This document shows, one piece after another, positions 48,540-61,772 of a stretch of DNA of 64,000 bases. Source of the DNA: Rhizophagus irregularis. Its lineage: Eukaryota. The first letter of the stretch is position 1, and each line of letters starts with the position of its first letter. The position numbers and the translations under genes were made by a program. Location of the stretch: contig NC_089431.1 in NCBI RefSeq assembly GCF_026210795.1, positions 1,240,001 to 1,304,000 of the forward strand. Direction: 5' to 3'. The notes beneath the pieces were generated by a model, which saw only the letters and a program-made list of their open reading frames with translations, was not told where the DNA came from and did no database searches.

Positions 48540-49260
48540 CCAAAAGGATCTCCTGTGCTCAAGTTAGGTGGCGTTCGGCTTTAAGATATCTTTTTGCTTT
48601 ACTAACCGCATCATATTTGTAGTCCCAATCATCGTTTTCTGAACAGAGATATAACTTAATTGTTTGTATACGAAATTCCGTTTTCAGGTCATTAGTACAT
48701 TTATTCATTGGATTAACAATCTTTTCAATTCTTTCTACGTTGATATCATCGGAGTTCTCCCATTGTTTCGCTCATTTTTCAGTTCTCTTTGTGGTTCTTG
48801 TCCATTTTTAAAAAAATGAAATAAAAGAGACGTGAATCAGCAGTTCATAAATATGACCAAACAAGTTTGCACTCAGTACTCTCAACAATAGAAGAGTTGA
48901 CTTTCAACAGACAAGTTGTTTGATGTTTAAGAAAGGTACGTAGCAGGTTCCTCCTCCTCACAGAACCAGCAGATCTTAAACCAGGAACTTGAAAATAAAG
49001 AAGCACCACTCTTTTACGGATTGTAATGGACAATACTTTCTGATTCACGAGCTCAATACTTACATCCCAATTATCAAGAATATTTTTTGCTTTTTCGCGG
49101 AGATGAGGTTTTAGTTCTTTTTTACTGAAATGTTTTAGATCTTTTCTGATTTTAATTAACACTTCACTCAGGGTTTTGTTGTCTTTATTTTTGTAGTAAT
49201 TATAGACCTCGCTATACATCCACTTCTCAGTTAGCTCATCGCTTAAAAAATTCCATAATG
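48540..49260 (-). pseudogene. Degraded spliced gene of unknown function (EKWMYSEVYNYYKNKD..LIKIRKDLKH..AKNILDNWD then a GTAAGT donor)
   Basis: Protein-like exon ending at a canonical donor at ~49063; downstream parts are broken. Confidence 0.4.
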
Positions 49261-49849
49261 AAAACGCGTAAAGCCGTAAACTTTCTAAAATCACTGATAA
49301 TAACATTTCCTTTTTAAATTTCAGGCTATTTCAATCAGTGATTGGTGTAACCCGATCAGACCCATGTGACAAAATTTTCATCTATGATTTTACAGATACT
49401 ACTGGGATACCACCCTGAAGAGCATTCCAACAATTGAGATAATAAGTTCATTCTCCACAATATTCACCGGAACCCATTCACCTATATTATTCCATATACT
49501 TTTTTCTTTATGATCTCTTTGCAAATAGGGCAGATTGCTGAATTATTAAGATTAAATCTGTCACCACATTTGTCATTATCTCTTAAAGATAGATAAGGAA
49601 ACTGCTCTGCACCAATCCAATGATATGTTTTCGTTTTTCTTCTGGGTCATCAGGTAAAATAGAAAGTCAGGATTTGTTAGATAATATTACCTAACGGGAG
49701 GAAGATATAGATGATACACTTGCTTGAAATTTGATTTGTGTGATACTGTTGGTATCTGCACCTCTACATCGGGTAATTTTCATATTTTTTTTGTGATCGT
49801 GTAGTAACTTTTGTAGTTTTGTTTGATCTTTTTTTATCTTTACGTTTTG

Positions 49850-50820
49850 TTGGTTAACTCAGCTCTTTACCAGTTACTTGACTGTCTAAACCAAATTCTT
49901 CATCATTATTATCAAGATTTTTTGCTTTTTTTAAACGTCGAAGAGATAATTCTGCTAATTGATTTTTCCTTTTACTACCTTGATTTGTTAGATTCATTAC
50001 AGATTTATGATCAATTTTATCATCACTTTGTTCTTCACTCTTGATTTTGACCTGTAGATAAAACTTTTTCAATTTCATTATCTAAAGATTTTTCTTTTTT
50101 GATAGAAATTGGTTTGTTTGTCTTAAATTTTTGGGTACGTGAAAACAAAGACTGTGATAAACTTGTATTTGGAAGATCATCAATGGAATTTTCTAGTAAA
50201 TCGATTTCTTCTTGCTTCAACAAATGGTAAATCATTTTCGCTAAGATCGCAATGAATACCAATTTACCAATTTCCAATTTTGGTGCAAGTTTCTAAAACG
50301 GGAATCTTGACCTGCATCATATACAACTTGTATTTTAAAATTTACTTTTCCTTTGTTAGTAAAGTTGAAATTATTATTATATTCCGATACATTAATTCCA
50401 AATACACAATCATCTTGTTTAGGCCTAGAATAAACTTTTCCAACAAAAGAAATATATGGTCCAGTTGATGGTATTTCATCTTCAATTAATTCTATCTTAA
50501 AAGCTGTTGATATCATTACCTTATCAATTAATAATAGAAATATTATTATTTATATCGATATGGTCATATTAGTTATTATAAAGTTTAATATACTTACATA
50601 CATATCTTTGTTATCAAAAAGGCACTTTCCACTTATCAATACGTAAATCTTTAATGTTGAATTCATGGAAAGTTAACGGAAATGTTTTGTTTTTTATAGA
50701 AGCCATAGTGGAAGTTTTTAAATATATTTGGCGAAATCATATAATTTGCCAAACAATTAACAAATCCCCATCTGGTCCTTTTGATTTGATTTGACATAAC
50801 ACAGTGACTGCTGATGGCAT
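49850..50820 (-). pseudogene. Frameshifted gene for a probable tandem OB-fold (ssDNA-binding-like) protein with a low-complexity basic tail; intron ~50599-50520
   Basis: MPSAVTVLCQIKS..VLISGKCLFDNKDMY|VMISTAFKI..PYISFVGKV..FGINVSEY..NFKIQVVY..EIGKLVFIA: a beta-rich OB-like pattern spread over several frames. Confidence 0.5.
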
Positions 50821-53114
50821 TTTTTTTTTTTTACTTAAAAAAAAATCTGAAGTAGGATGGAAAGAAAGGGGTTTAAATATATATTAGAAATTTTTTTTTA
50901 AATAATAGTAATTAATTTCTTAATTATTCTAATCTTGATCTATTTTAGATTTCTGACGAAAAAAAGAATTTAATTCTCAGACAATTGAGCCTTTTGTTTT
51001 TGATAAAAAAATTGTTATTTAATACAAAAGAATCTATTCTATTGTATCCTTTAGATTATTTCAAAAAAAAAAAAAAAAAAAATCTTCGTAATTGTTGATA
51101 TTGGTACAATTATTTCTGATGAAAAAAAAAAGATTGATCTTAGACAATTATAATTATGCCCTTTGTTTATTTTATATTTTAATGATAACATTATTACTAA
51201 AAAAGCCAGTTACTGGAAATAAAAGAAAAAATTTAATTTTCTAACCTAACCATAAAAACATTAGATCAGCCGCAGATGAATCACATTGACACATGAATTT
51301 TTTTATTACTCTTTTTAGATTATTTCAAAGAAAAAAAATCTTTCGTAATTGTTCATTTTTGATTTTTGACGAAGAGATAAATTGTTTATTATTAATTTTG
51401 CAGAAGAATTTTTATATTTGATACTAAAAAAAGTATATTTTATTGTACTCTTTTTAATTGTTTAAGATTATTTCAAAAAAAAAAAATCTTTCGTAATTGC
51501 ATGATTTCTGACGAAAAAAAAATCTTGGACAATTATAATTATGCCTTTGTTTATTTTATTTAATTAATAAAGAGAATCCTAGATAATTATTTATTATTAA
51601 TTCTGTAGAAAAAAATTGTAATATTTAATAAAAAGAATATATGCTATTGTACTCTTTTTTATTAGTATTCAAACATTCAAAAATAGCTATCTTCTAAATA
51701 CATTTCTTAACAATAATAAATCTTAATAATCGTATTAAGACTAAGAAAAAATCATATTCTTTCTAAACACATAAGTTTTTTAGTCAATATTTTATTTATT
51801 TTTATTTATTTTTTATTAGTGAAAAAATTAAATTTGATCTTATAATTTAAGCGAAAGGATTTAAATTTGATCGTTTAATGATCATTTTTATGGCATTAGA
51901 TATAATAGTGAAGTTAATTTGGCTATTAAAAAATAATTTGATTACCTAATTTAGTTAGTATTATATTTCATATCTGGTATTCCAATCAATGATCTTTTTT
52001 TAGCTTAGTAATTTTTGACGAAAAAAAATTAATTTTCTTATTAATAAAAAAAATACAATTGTTTTATTTTGTAATATTACTTTTTTTAATTAACTTATTA
52101 AAGTTAGCTTAGAATCACTATCCCACAATTTTTACAAAAGAAAAAAACTTTATATGAATGCCTCTTGTCTGACGGGTGAGATGGGCGGGCCGACAAGACA
52201 AGTATTGAACTGTACGAAACGACATATACAGTATATATACTTATATATACTTTTACATATATATAAAATTTTGTCTCTAAGTAGTTTCCTTTTTAGGATG
52301 CTGATCTTCTATATTCAGCATTGATTTACACATTATGTAATACATTTCTATTATCTCGGATTTAGACTTTTCCTTTTTTATATTAAAATCGATCAACAAA
52401 TCTTTTAGTGGTGTAATTATTCTTTTGTGTCAATGTGAATTTAATAACAAATTAATTAATCATTGAAGAAACAAGAAAGTTGTGAGAGATTAACTGCACA
52501 ACCGTGATATTACGGCAACCGTTCTTTCAAAATATGATCGATTTCATTTGAATTTCTTCTGATTTTTGCTATATATTAGAAATGGCAACTCCGATTGAAA
52601 GATATCCAGTTAAGAATAGGAATATAACATGCTTGATCTAAAAATTTAAATATATTTCGGTTGGTTTTCTTAGTTAAATGAATTAAATTACGAAAAAGGA
52701 TCAAATGAAAATGGATCTAGAACTGTACCTTTTCTTCTTCAAATTTTCTACTGGTTTAAGGATACTTGCGCTCTGAATAGTGCTCGCAATGTTACTCCTC
52801 TTTTCATCAATAAACTTACATAAAATCAGAAATAAATATCTGATAGAATTCTGGATTCTGTCGTCTTGTATATTATTTATTACACAAAATTTCGTAACTT
52901 TATGGCAAGCTTATTTGTAAGCCATTAAAGCCATTAGATTAAAATTTTGTGGCAAATCTGGTCTATAAATTTAATTAATATTGAATATAGGAGTTATTTT
53001 ATTTTTTCTTAAAAACAAAATCACATTTAACCATTATTTTAAATAAGGCTTTTTTCGTTGTTGTTATAAATATATATACATTTATCCTTAATTTTTTTTT
53101 TATTACAGAACATA

Positions 53115-53365
53115 AATCAAAACATTTACGCCAAATCAAAAAATTTCAATATCTCGAGAATAAATAAAATGTCTACACTAAATCAAAAAATTTCAATATT
53201 TTAAGAATAAATCAAATGGTCTACGCTAAATCGAAAAATTGCAATATTTCGAGAAGAAATCAAATATCTATGCTAAATCAAAAAATTTCAAGAGGAATCA
53301 ATCAAAAATTTAAGTTAAATCAAACGTCCACGCCAATTAAAAAAGTTCTCAATATTTCAAGAGGA
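53115..53365. repeat. Degenerate ~48-bp tandem repeat (AATAAATCAAA..TCTACGCTAAATCAAAAAATTTCAATAT)
   Basis: About 5 copies visible. Confidence 0.7.
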
Positions 53366-54203
53366 TCTATATGATATCAATATTTCGGGAGGATAAACCA
53401 ACCATTATGTCAAATCGAACACCTACACCAAGTCCGGATTTTGGAAATACCTTCTTCCCATCTTTTAACGATTTCTATTGTGAATTTTCTTATATCATGA
53501 GGCTTGTAGCATTTAAAATAAAATAGAATAAAAAAATTAGTATTGGAAAAGAAAGAAAAATACATTAAATATAAAAATAAATTTTGTTACAATGTACATA
53601 CTTGAAAGAAGAAATTTTTAAACTTTTGAAATGAAATTTATAAACTTTCGTATAGAAAGGAAGAGGAATAACTAGAAAAAAAAAAATTTTTAAGCAATGT
53701 AACTCCTTTCCTCTCTCCTCAACGTTGGCGATCAGGTGACAACAAGCTTTTGAAAGACTCGGCTAAGTTAGCAACAAATAGTCACTTTTAGTAAATATAT
53801 TTATAACTATAAATTAAAAATAATTAATTTCTCATCTATAATTATTATTCCGATTATTGAATTTTTAATTTTCGTTTTTGTAATAATTTCGGATGATGAC
53901 CCATTTATATACTAAACTAGATCTTTTTTATCATCCTAAGATATACTAATTGGTCCGCCAGTTTATAACTGGCGGAAAAAATCCTAAATACCAATTAGTA
54001 GCCATGTTTATATATCGAACTGTTTGTTATATAACAGCATATAATATTTAAAATTCAGATGATTACATGACTTACCATAACACTATGTTTTATCTAAATT
54101 TTATGTGATCATTAAATTTTTAAGTATTTACTTGCTATTCAATACCATATTAACAGAAATAATTTTTCCGGTAACATCCAAATAATCCAATCTTTTATAT
54201 TAC

Positions 54204-54358
54204 TCCAAAAATGGTAGCAGGATTCATTTTGCCGGGTTACATATAATATTATGTATGTGACAATTAATGGGCGACAATTTATTATAAAATTGAAGAGTGA
54301 CACTACGTGACAAATTACTAAAGAACCGGCAAAATGAATCCGGTTACCATTTTTCGGA
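54204..54358. mobile_element. MITE with ~30-bp TIR AAAAATGGTA..GGATTCATTTTGCCGG
   Basis: Inverted repeat at 54205-54237 and 54326-54357. Confidence 0.7.
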
Positions 54359-55260
54359 TATGATGCTAAGTTCGTCTACTAATTAAAAGTTATAAGATAG
54401 TTCGGTATTATTAAATACCGTTGGCCACTGCATTAGTAAGATAATTATTCCTGAAATTATTGTTTAATTTAGATAATCTTTAAAGTAAAACATGAAACCC
54501 TAATAGTGGAACCTATAAATAAATAAAATTTTTTTTATGAAAAATTTAAATAAAAGTAAATGTAATTATTACGTACTTTACTAAATTTATTTTATGTCCT
54601 ATCATTTTTACTTTGTGTCGAGACTCACGTGAATAAGTGTGCGCACTGTGCAGCAATACTTGTGTCACGTCAATTAGGTAAATCTTTTCACAACCATCAT
54701 TACTAATTAAGTGTATCAAAGAATTTTTGTGTTTATGCATGAAATATTTGCATGTATAATATGGCAAGAAGCGTGAGAAAAAATTTTCCCTTTTAAGTTA
54801 AAATAATATTTATTTAGAAACGAATACCTGATAGTTGTTTCAAGAATCATCTTTGATTTTTAAAAAATATAATGTTAAACAACCAAATCAAATAAATATT
54901 TAATATTTATATTATAAAGTATCTAATAATAAAAAGCGTAATTACTAGACAGCTTTCATTAAAAAAGCATAAAAAAGATATATAATACAAAGTTTTTTAT
55001 TATATGAATAAAAATATATAAAATTTATAAAATTACTAAGCAAAGAGACTTTATGCAAATGCCAAAGAAATAAAAAAAGGCCGACATGAAAAGACTGACG
55101 GATCACTCCGTCCCGTAAATAATACGTAAATAATAATAAATAATACGTAACACCAAGCCACATCTAGAAATAGCCTGTATAAAAAAAAATATATATATAT
55201 TTGCAAAAAAAGTTCGAATTTTATTCATCTCTTATTTAAAAAAATTGCAAACGCTTCAAG

Positions 55261-56788
55261 ATGTCTCAAATGTCTCAACACACTGGATCCAGAAAGAGTT
55301 TTGGTAAGTGTTTTGATTGCGAACGACAACGACCAGCACTAGCATGGTGTGAGAATTGCGATATTGCATTTTTAAAAGAAAATTTTAGTAATTGGACTAA
55401 ATTCTAAAATAGATGAACTTATTAAACATTCTCAGTTAAATGCTAGAGAGAGTATGGATTACCTTGAATGGATTGATTTTGATCAATTCGACTTGATCGA
55501 AAATATTAATAAACGAGGTGCTTTCAGCTCGATTTATTCAGCAGTATGGATGGATGGCCCAAAATGGAATCTTGACGAAAAAGCCGAAATATGGACTCGT
55601 ACTGGTCCAGTTAAGGTGATTCTAAAACGATTAGATAATTCTCAGAACATAGATCAGGAATTTGTAAATCAGGCAAGTAAACAAACACTTTTAGTATATA
55701 TAGACATGATTAGGAATTTAGGATTATAAATGGCACGTTAGCCAGTTCAAAATATGATGATGATTGGGAAACTAAATGACGTTATTTCTGAAAAGAACTA
55801 TAAAATTCAAGTAAATTCTAAACAAATTTAGGACGGTTAAATGTATTTCCGAGTTGAAGTCACAATCTTCGTTATCCTAACAAATCTATCTAAGAAACGA
55901 CAACTGCTAACTAAATTTCTAATTCACATGAAAATGATTAACTATTGATATTAACTCTATTATTGTTTTTTTTTCTTTTTTAATCTAATAAAGTTATATA
56001 GATATCATAAATGCTTGCAAAGTGGAGCACTTGCAGATTGTTTTGGTATAACTAAAGACCTAACATCATGCTACATACTCGTTATGAGATATTATAAAAA
56101 TGGAGATTTATACTCGTACCTTGAAGAAACTATGGAGATTCTTTGCTGGAGAGATATTGTAGACATGCTATGGTCAATATCCGCAGGTTTAAATTTTATT
56201 CACAAACATGATCTTGTTCATGGACATTTACATGGAGGAAACATATTAGTCGAAAGTAATGTGAACTCTATTGATACTAAAATCACGGATACTGGATTAC
56301 ACGGACCTTTTGATAATCAAATATTGTCCAAACAAATTTACGGTGTAATTCCCTTTGTTGCGCCAGAGATCTTTGATGGAAATACGCCAACTAAAGAATC
56401 CGATGTCTATAGTTTTGGAATGGTCATGTGGATGTTATCGGCTGGTGTGCGTCCTTATTGTGATAGACCTCATAATAAACAATTAATTCATGAAATCTGC
56501 TTAGGATTAAGGCCAAACATCGTAGATGGAACTCCACCTGTTTTCTCCAGTTTAATGTTACAATGTTTAGATGCAAATCCATCAAATAGACCAACAGCAT
56601 CACAGCTTGATGAATGTTTTGGAAATTGGGTCATAGCAATTTGTGATGACCCTAATCCATCTGATTTATCAAATCAATTTGACGCTGCTGAAGAAACTAA
56701 ATTCTCAAATTTAGAAAATTCTAATTTTAATACTTTCGCGAGTCACGAAGAAGCATTTTATTTCAGTCGTCCGTTATTAGATGCTTAA
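55261..56788 (+). pseudogene. TKL-like pseudokinase gene with one frameshift at ~55399; exons 55261-55672 and 55994-56788
   Basis: CFDC..WCENC knuckle, VILK, HGHLHGGN (catalytic Asp absent), DTG, FVAPE, DVYSFG. NWT(SG)N carries an apparent 5-nt deletion that gives TAA at 55405-55407. Confidence 0.75.
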
Positions 56789-57863
56789 AGAATGGCGCTT
56801 CTTTTTTTTTTTAATTCTCGTCGTTAAACGTATTTTCGATTTCTTCAGTTTTTAATTTTATTATAATTTATAATTTTATCGTAGATTTTAATCAGAAATT
56901 TAATTCCTTCTATCGTCAATATTTATTCGTTTATTCCGAAATCACAAACACAAACTCATACTTATAATATGTTTCATAAATTTAAGATTTTCTTTCACAA
57001 ATTAATTAAGTTAAACCCTCATTTCGTTTAAAATAAGCAAATATTATACGCAAACACAATTATTTTTTTTGAATATTTTACATCGTTATAATAAGTCAAA
57101 AATATATGACAGTAAGTTTTTAAAATAGTCTCATATGAATTTTGAATTTCTTTTTCAAAACAATGTATCTTTTCTGTTTATTCGATAACCGCAATAAAAC
57201 GAATACTGTTTACCCGTCTATTATGATAAATTAAATACTCTTACTTCTGATTAAAATTGCCCTAAAAGCGCTCGATAATTGATATTTTTAATCAAAGTCA
57301 TATTTGACCAAAATCATTCCGTAAAAAAAAAAATTCTCTTGTTTTTAACCCAAGATTATTTTTTTTTCACGTTATATTTATTTTTCTATTTTTTGGCTAT
57401 ATTTCTTTTTACATTTGAATAAGTTTTTTAACATACTGTATATAGAATTAATTTATATCACACAAGTGCCATACATTGATTGTAATTTTTTTAATTTTGG
57501 ACAATTGAATCATTTTAAACAGGGAAGATAATTGTCATGAGCCAACCAGGTAAATATTATAATATTTAAATGTTGACAAATCGGACGTTTAATATGTTAA
57601 ATTTCGAACACAATAACCAAAGAAATTCCGAATAGTACAAACAAATCATCAAATTTAACGAAAATGAAATGATTTTTTCTTGAAAATCCCACATGAATGA
57701 AGAATCTTAGCTTTTCACGCAGTAAATATAATTTACTTTGATGATCATCATGTTTATCATTTTCATGTGATGTGGCGTAAATATTTGTATGGCAAACGGA
57801 ATTGCCTCGGAACTTTATACTCCTTTTTTTTCCTCTTCTCTCTTTTTCGTTTTAATACTTTAT

Positions 57864-59516
57864 ATGGCATATTCAAAGATATTTTCAGGAGATTTACCTG
57901 AATTATTAAATGAAATTATACAATATTTTCATCATGATTATAAAACATTACATTCATGTATATTGGTTAATAGATTATGGTGTCGTTTAGCAATTCCATT
58001 ATTATGGGAAGACCCATTTTCAATTCCTACCTTAAATTGTCGTTTTATTGATATTTATTTATCTTATTTAAATGAAGATTGTAAATTAAAATTAAATGAA
58101 TATGGAATTAATAATAATTTATTTCCTTCAAATACATTCTTTAATTATCCAAGTTTTATTCAACATTTGGATACACGTAAAATTAGTAATTCTATCGAAA
58201 ATTGGGTGGCACAATTAAGTTATTCAATACAAAATAATAATTTACAAATAACAAATTTCACAAAATTAATTTATAGTTCACTTTTTTTAATATTCATTGA
58301 AAATGAAGTAAAATTACGTAGTTTGGAAGTTTCATTACTTTCACATCAAGTTTGTGAATATTTTGATGAAGCATTTGAATTAATCTTAAAAAATCCAAAT
58401 TTCATTTGTGATATCAAAAATTTGAAATTAGATTTTATTATAACAGCTGAAACTATAACAAAATTATTATTATTTCTCAATTCTAATTGTAATTCAATTT
58501 CTTCACTTTATTTTTTATTTCCATCATATTACAATAATTATCCAATAAATGAAAAAAGTTTATCCCAAATTATTGATTCTCAAGAAAATCTCAAAAAAAT
58601 TTTACTTGGTTATAATAATTTTCCTTTATATCACTCATTATTATCATTAAAGAATTCTAATTGTTCAAATACATTAAATACAATTGTATTTTATTATATT
58701 GATTTTAATAATATAATTGTTTTTAATGAAGTATTTAATCAATTGAATGTTTTAGAATCAATTCATATTATTTATTGTCATTCTTTAGATATTAAATTTA
58801 TTCAACAAATTATTAATATTACTAAACCATTTAAATTAAAATCTTTATTTTTAAATGAATTATTAAATATTGAATCATTAAAATTATTAATACAAAAATT
58901 TGGTAATAATTTAGAAGATTTTGGAATTTGTATAAGTAATATAACAGATAAATCACAACAATTAATTCAATTATTTGAATCAGTTTTAAAATATTGTCAA
59001 AAAATTAAATTTTTATATTTACCTGTTGGTTTAAATAATCAGAATATTAATTTATTATTCAATTTAATTGATAATATTAAACAAAATCTTAATTATCTTA
59101 GAATTGATGCCCTTGATTATGATAATCATTTTAGTTCAAATATATTACAAAATTTAGGAAAAATTCTTCCTTTAAAATTAGAATATTTAAATTTGGGTCT
59201 TGTAATTAATAATTATGGAAATGATTTAGAAGTATTTTTAAAAAATTCTCAAAATACTTTTATTAAAAAATTATTAATTAGAAATAAAAAGGAAGATGAA
59301 AGTGATGATATTTTCCCTTATATAAGAGAATATATTATGAAAAAGAAAAGAGTTAAATATTTGGCTATTTTAGAAACTATTGATGAAAAATGTGAAGATT
59401 TATTTTCTTTAAAAGATAAAGTAAAGGAATTAGAATTATATGATATTCAAGTTTTATATTATTATAATTTATATATTGATATTTATTGTTTTGTAAAAGA
59501 AAATTATTTACAGTAA
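57864..59516 (+). CDS. Intronless F-box-like / RNI (LRR)-like protein, 550 aa (Glomeromycotina expanded family)
   Basis: MAYSKIFSGDLPELLNEIIQYF..TLHSCILVNRLWCRLAIPLLWEDPF F-box signature followed by Leu-rich repeats. Start chosen by comparison with the paralog at 16076. Confidence 0.85.
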   Translation: MAYSKIFSGDLPELLNEIIQYFHHDYKTLHSCILVNRLWCRLAIPLLWEDPFSIPTLNCRFIDIYLSYLNEDCKLKLNEYGINNNLFPSNTFFNYPSFIQHLDTRKISNSIENWVAQLSYSIQNNNLQITNFTKLIYSSLFLIFIENEVKLRSLEVSLLSHQVCEYFDEAFELILKNPNFICDIKNLKLDFIITAETITKLLLFLNSNCNSISSLYFLFPSYYNNYPINEKSLSQIIDSQENLKKILLGYNNFPLYHSLLSLKNSNCSNTLNTIVFYYIDFNNIIVFNEVFNQLNVLESIHIIYCHSLDIKFIQQIINITKPFKLKSLFLNELLNIESLKLLIQKFGNNLEDFGICISNITDKSQQLIQLFESVLKYCQKIKFLYLPVGLNNQNINLLFNLIDNIKQNLNYLRIDALDYDNHFSSNILQNLGKILPLKLEYLNLGLVINNYGNDLEVFLKNSQNTFIKKLLIRNKKEDESDDIFPYIREYIMKKKRVKYLAILETIDEKCEDLFSLKDKVKELELYDIQVLYYYNLYIDIYCFVKENYLQ

Positions 59517-59799
59517 TAATATAAATGTAAATTTCATATTAATTAACTCAATAAAATATATTTGAATATAATTTCAAGTTTTGAAAATCTAAGCATTATA
59601 TAGGATTATATATTGTAAGTTATCAATGTTATTACCAAAACTAAAAGATTAATTTTATTAAGTATACAACTTATTATTATAATTACGAAGAATGAAAGAA
59701 TGGTATTTATTAATGATGTTACATAAAGTGAAGTATTGGAATTTTGACATACAGTATATCCTAACAAAATAATAATGTAATTTTCTTCACGTAATTGTG

Positions 59800-60265
59800 C
59801 CATAATTATAAATTCTTATTTTATTTTAACAATTTAGTAAATCAGGTAAATTAGTGATTTATTATTTTATTAATAGTTTTCTCGTCAAATTCGTCTAATT
59901 TATTTATCTCTAATAATAGATCTCAATAGTGTTGGTCTCCGTAAATAATATTACAACCGCTTAAAGTTATAATTCGATATATAATAATCGTTACTTACGG
60001 CAACCAACCTTAGATCTCAATAAAGAAGACAATTGAATGATGAGTTTTTTCGGGAATATATATGGTCAGATATTATTCGATAAATTTAAAGATAGTATTC
60101 AAAAATTTTTATTAGTAGCCTATATTTTTATTATATATTTTAGTGGCAGAACCAAATAAGCATAAATAAATAAATATATATATACTGTATATTAAATACA
60201 TTATGATAAAAGAGACGCTCAACTTTGATTACAAACGTTAGAAAGCGAAATGCTTGGCAAATTCC
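59800..60265 (+). pseudogene. Orphan 3' end (last introns/exons and downstream flank) of a K1-K3-family kinase unit
   Basis: AAATCAGGTAAA, TAATAATAGATCTCAA and GAGACGCTCAACTTTGATTACAAACGTTAGAAAGCGAAATGCTTGGCAAAT match 43850-44360. Confidence 0.7.
59927..60012. mobile_element. 86-bp hAT MITE
   Basis: Perfect 8-bp TSD GATCTCAA; TIR TAGTGTTGGTCTCCGTAA / TTACGGCAACCAACCTTA; empty site seen in paralogs at 40180 and 43933. Confidence 0.85.
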
Positions 60266-60783
60266 TCAAGATTAAATCAATTTATTTATTTTATATTTAT
60301 TATTTTTTTTTTAACTTAAAGTATTGAAAACATCTAATTAAAATGTTTTTCAAAATTTCAGACTCTTTTGTTTTAAAAAAAAGAAAATACATGAACCTTT
60401 TTTCGTGTAATAGTAGCTGGCGATTTATATTTTTCTACTAATGTTTAAATAAAATAATTTTTATTACAAAGACATTATGAGTTAAAACTGAAAGAAAGTA
60501 TAACGTTACTTTTATGATTATTGGTATACATAAATTTCTTTAGTATGGAATACTATTATACAAAAAAATTATGAGATACACATTAAGTTAAATGGGGAAC
60601 AAAATCCAATTTATATTTCAAATCTAACTCATTTCAAAATTACATACTATTGGCTTTTACAATCATACCCAAATATTTGAACTGATTTATGATAAATGCT
60701 AAATCTATTAATAGCAAAATCATACCCTAATTTAAGATATCTCAATTTGTGGGATAGCAATGAAATGTCTATGTATGGTCACG

Positions 60784-60891
60784 CAGTGTTGTCAAATGAC
60801 ACAGAAATGACATTGAAATGACATCAAATGATATTAAAATGACAAATGTCATTTGAAAATGGGCAAATGACATGGCAATTTAACAACACTG
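60784..60891. mobile_element. 108-bp hAT MITE with internal AAATGACA repeats
   Basis: TIR CAGTGTTGT / ACAACACTG; 8-bp TSD TGGTCACG / CGGTCACG. Confidence 0.85.
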
Positions 60892-61054
60892 CGGTCACGA
60901 GATTATGCCAAAAACTAGAGTATCTAAATATCAATTATTGTAAAATATTACTAAAAAAATCTTTTCATGATCATGATCTGCGAGAGTTTCATTTTTGCTG
61001 AAGCACGTGGGATCACGGATAAATCTATAAGTTGCATCATAAACAGATTCTAGT

Positions 61055-61480
61055 ATGTTAATGACGCCTCAATATAGAGTATCTAGACTTTAATAATGAC
61101 ATGCCTTTTCGAGGTGATGCAATAATTGTAGCTATCATCAGATTCTCTCCGAAATTAAAAGAATTTAGGGCTAATGGTAATGAAATTATCAGTGATGAGG
61201 TTATTGAAGCACTAGCCCTGTAGCCCATGCATGTAATAAATTGGAAGTTCTTTATCTCGTACATTGTGATTTTATTAGTGAGCTATCGATTTGTAATGTT
61301 GTTCGTTCCTGTCCAAATCTCCAAAGTCTTAACCTTAGTTACTGTAATATTACTAATGTAACTCTTGATTTAGAGGGGTGCAATAATATTAGCAAAAAAG
61401 CTGTAGATTAGCTTAATCCAAATATCCATATCGAGAACTTAAGGAAGATTATTTTGAACGGAGTAGCTCTGAGGAGAGTA
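61055..61480 (+). pseudogene. LRR (RNI / F-box-LRR) pseudogene fragment
   Basis: EYLDFNNDM..IIRFSPKLKEFRANGNEIISDEVIEALA..CNKLEVLYL..VVRSCPNLQSLNLSYCNITN..LDLEGCNNISKKAVD*LNPNIHIEN. Confidence 0.65.
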
Positions 61481-61574
61481 TGATGTTGAAGAATTTACCT
61501 ATGGTAACAATGTGTTTCTTCCAATGTTTCATGGCATTGGTAGTTCCAGTATTTTCAATCAGGTAAATCAGGTA

Positions 61575-61772
61575 CAGTCAGACCTCTATAATTGCACTCT
61601 CCATAATTGCACCCACTATGTATACCCCCTCTAAATGCACCCTCTGGTTCGGTCCCAAGCTTATATGATCTCTAATTATTTTACCTCTATAAATGCACAC
61701 CCTCTTTAAATGCACTATTTTGAAAATTATGCATATGGTCCCAAGGGGTGTGCAATTATGGAGGTCTGACTG
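61575..61772. mobile_element. Tc1/mariner (pogo-like) MITE
   Basis: TIR CAGTCAGACCTCYATAATTGCAC with TA duplication on both sides. Confidence 0.9.

Noticed and set aside
57789..57863. 25-aa hydrophobic N-terminal extension of the F-box ORF
   Set aside because: The paralog at 16076 starts at the MxxSKIFSG Met; the extension is T-rich 5' sequence. Not fully excluded.
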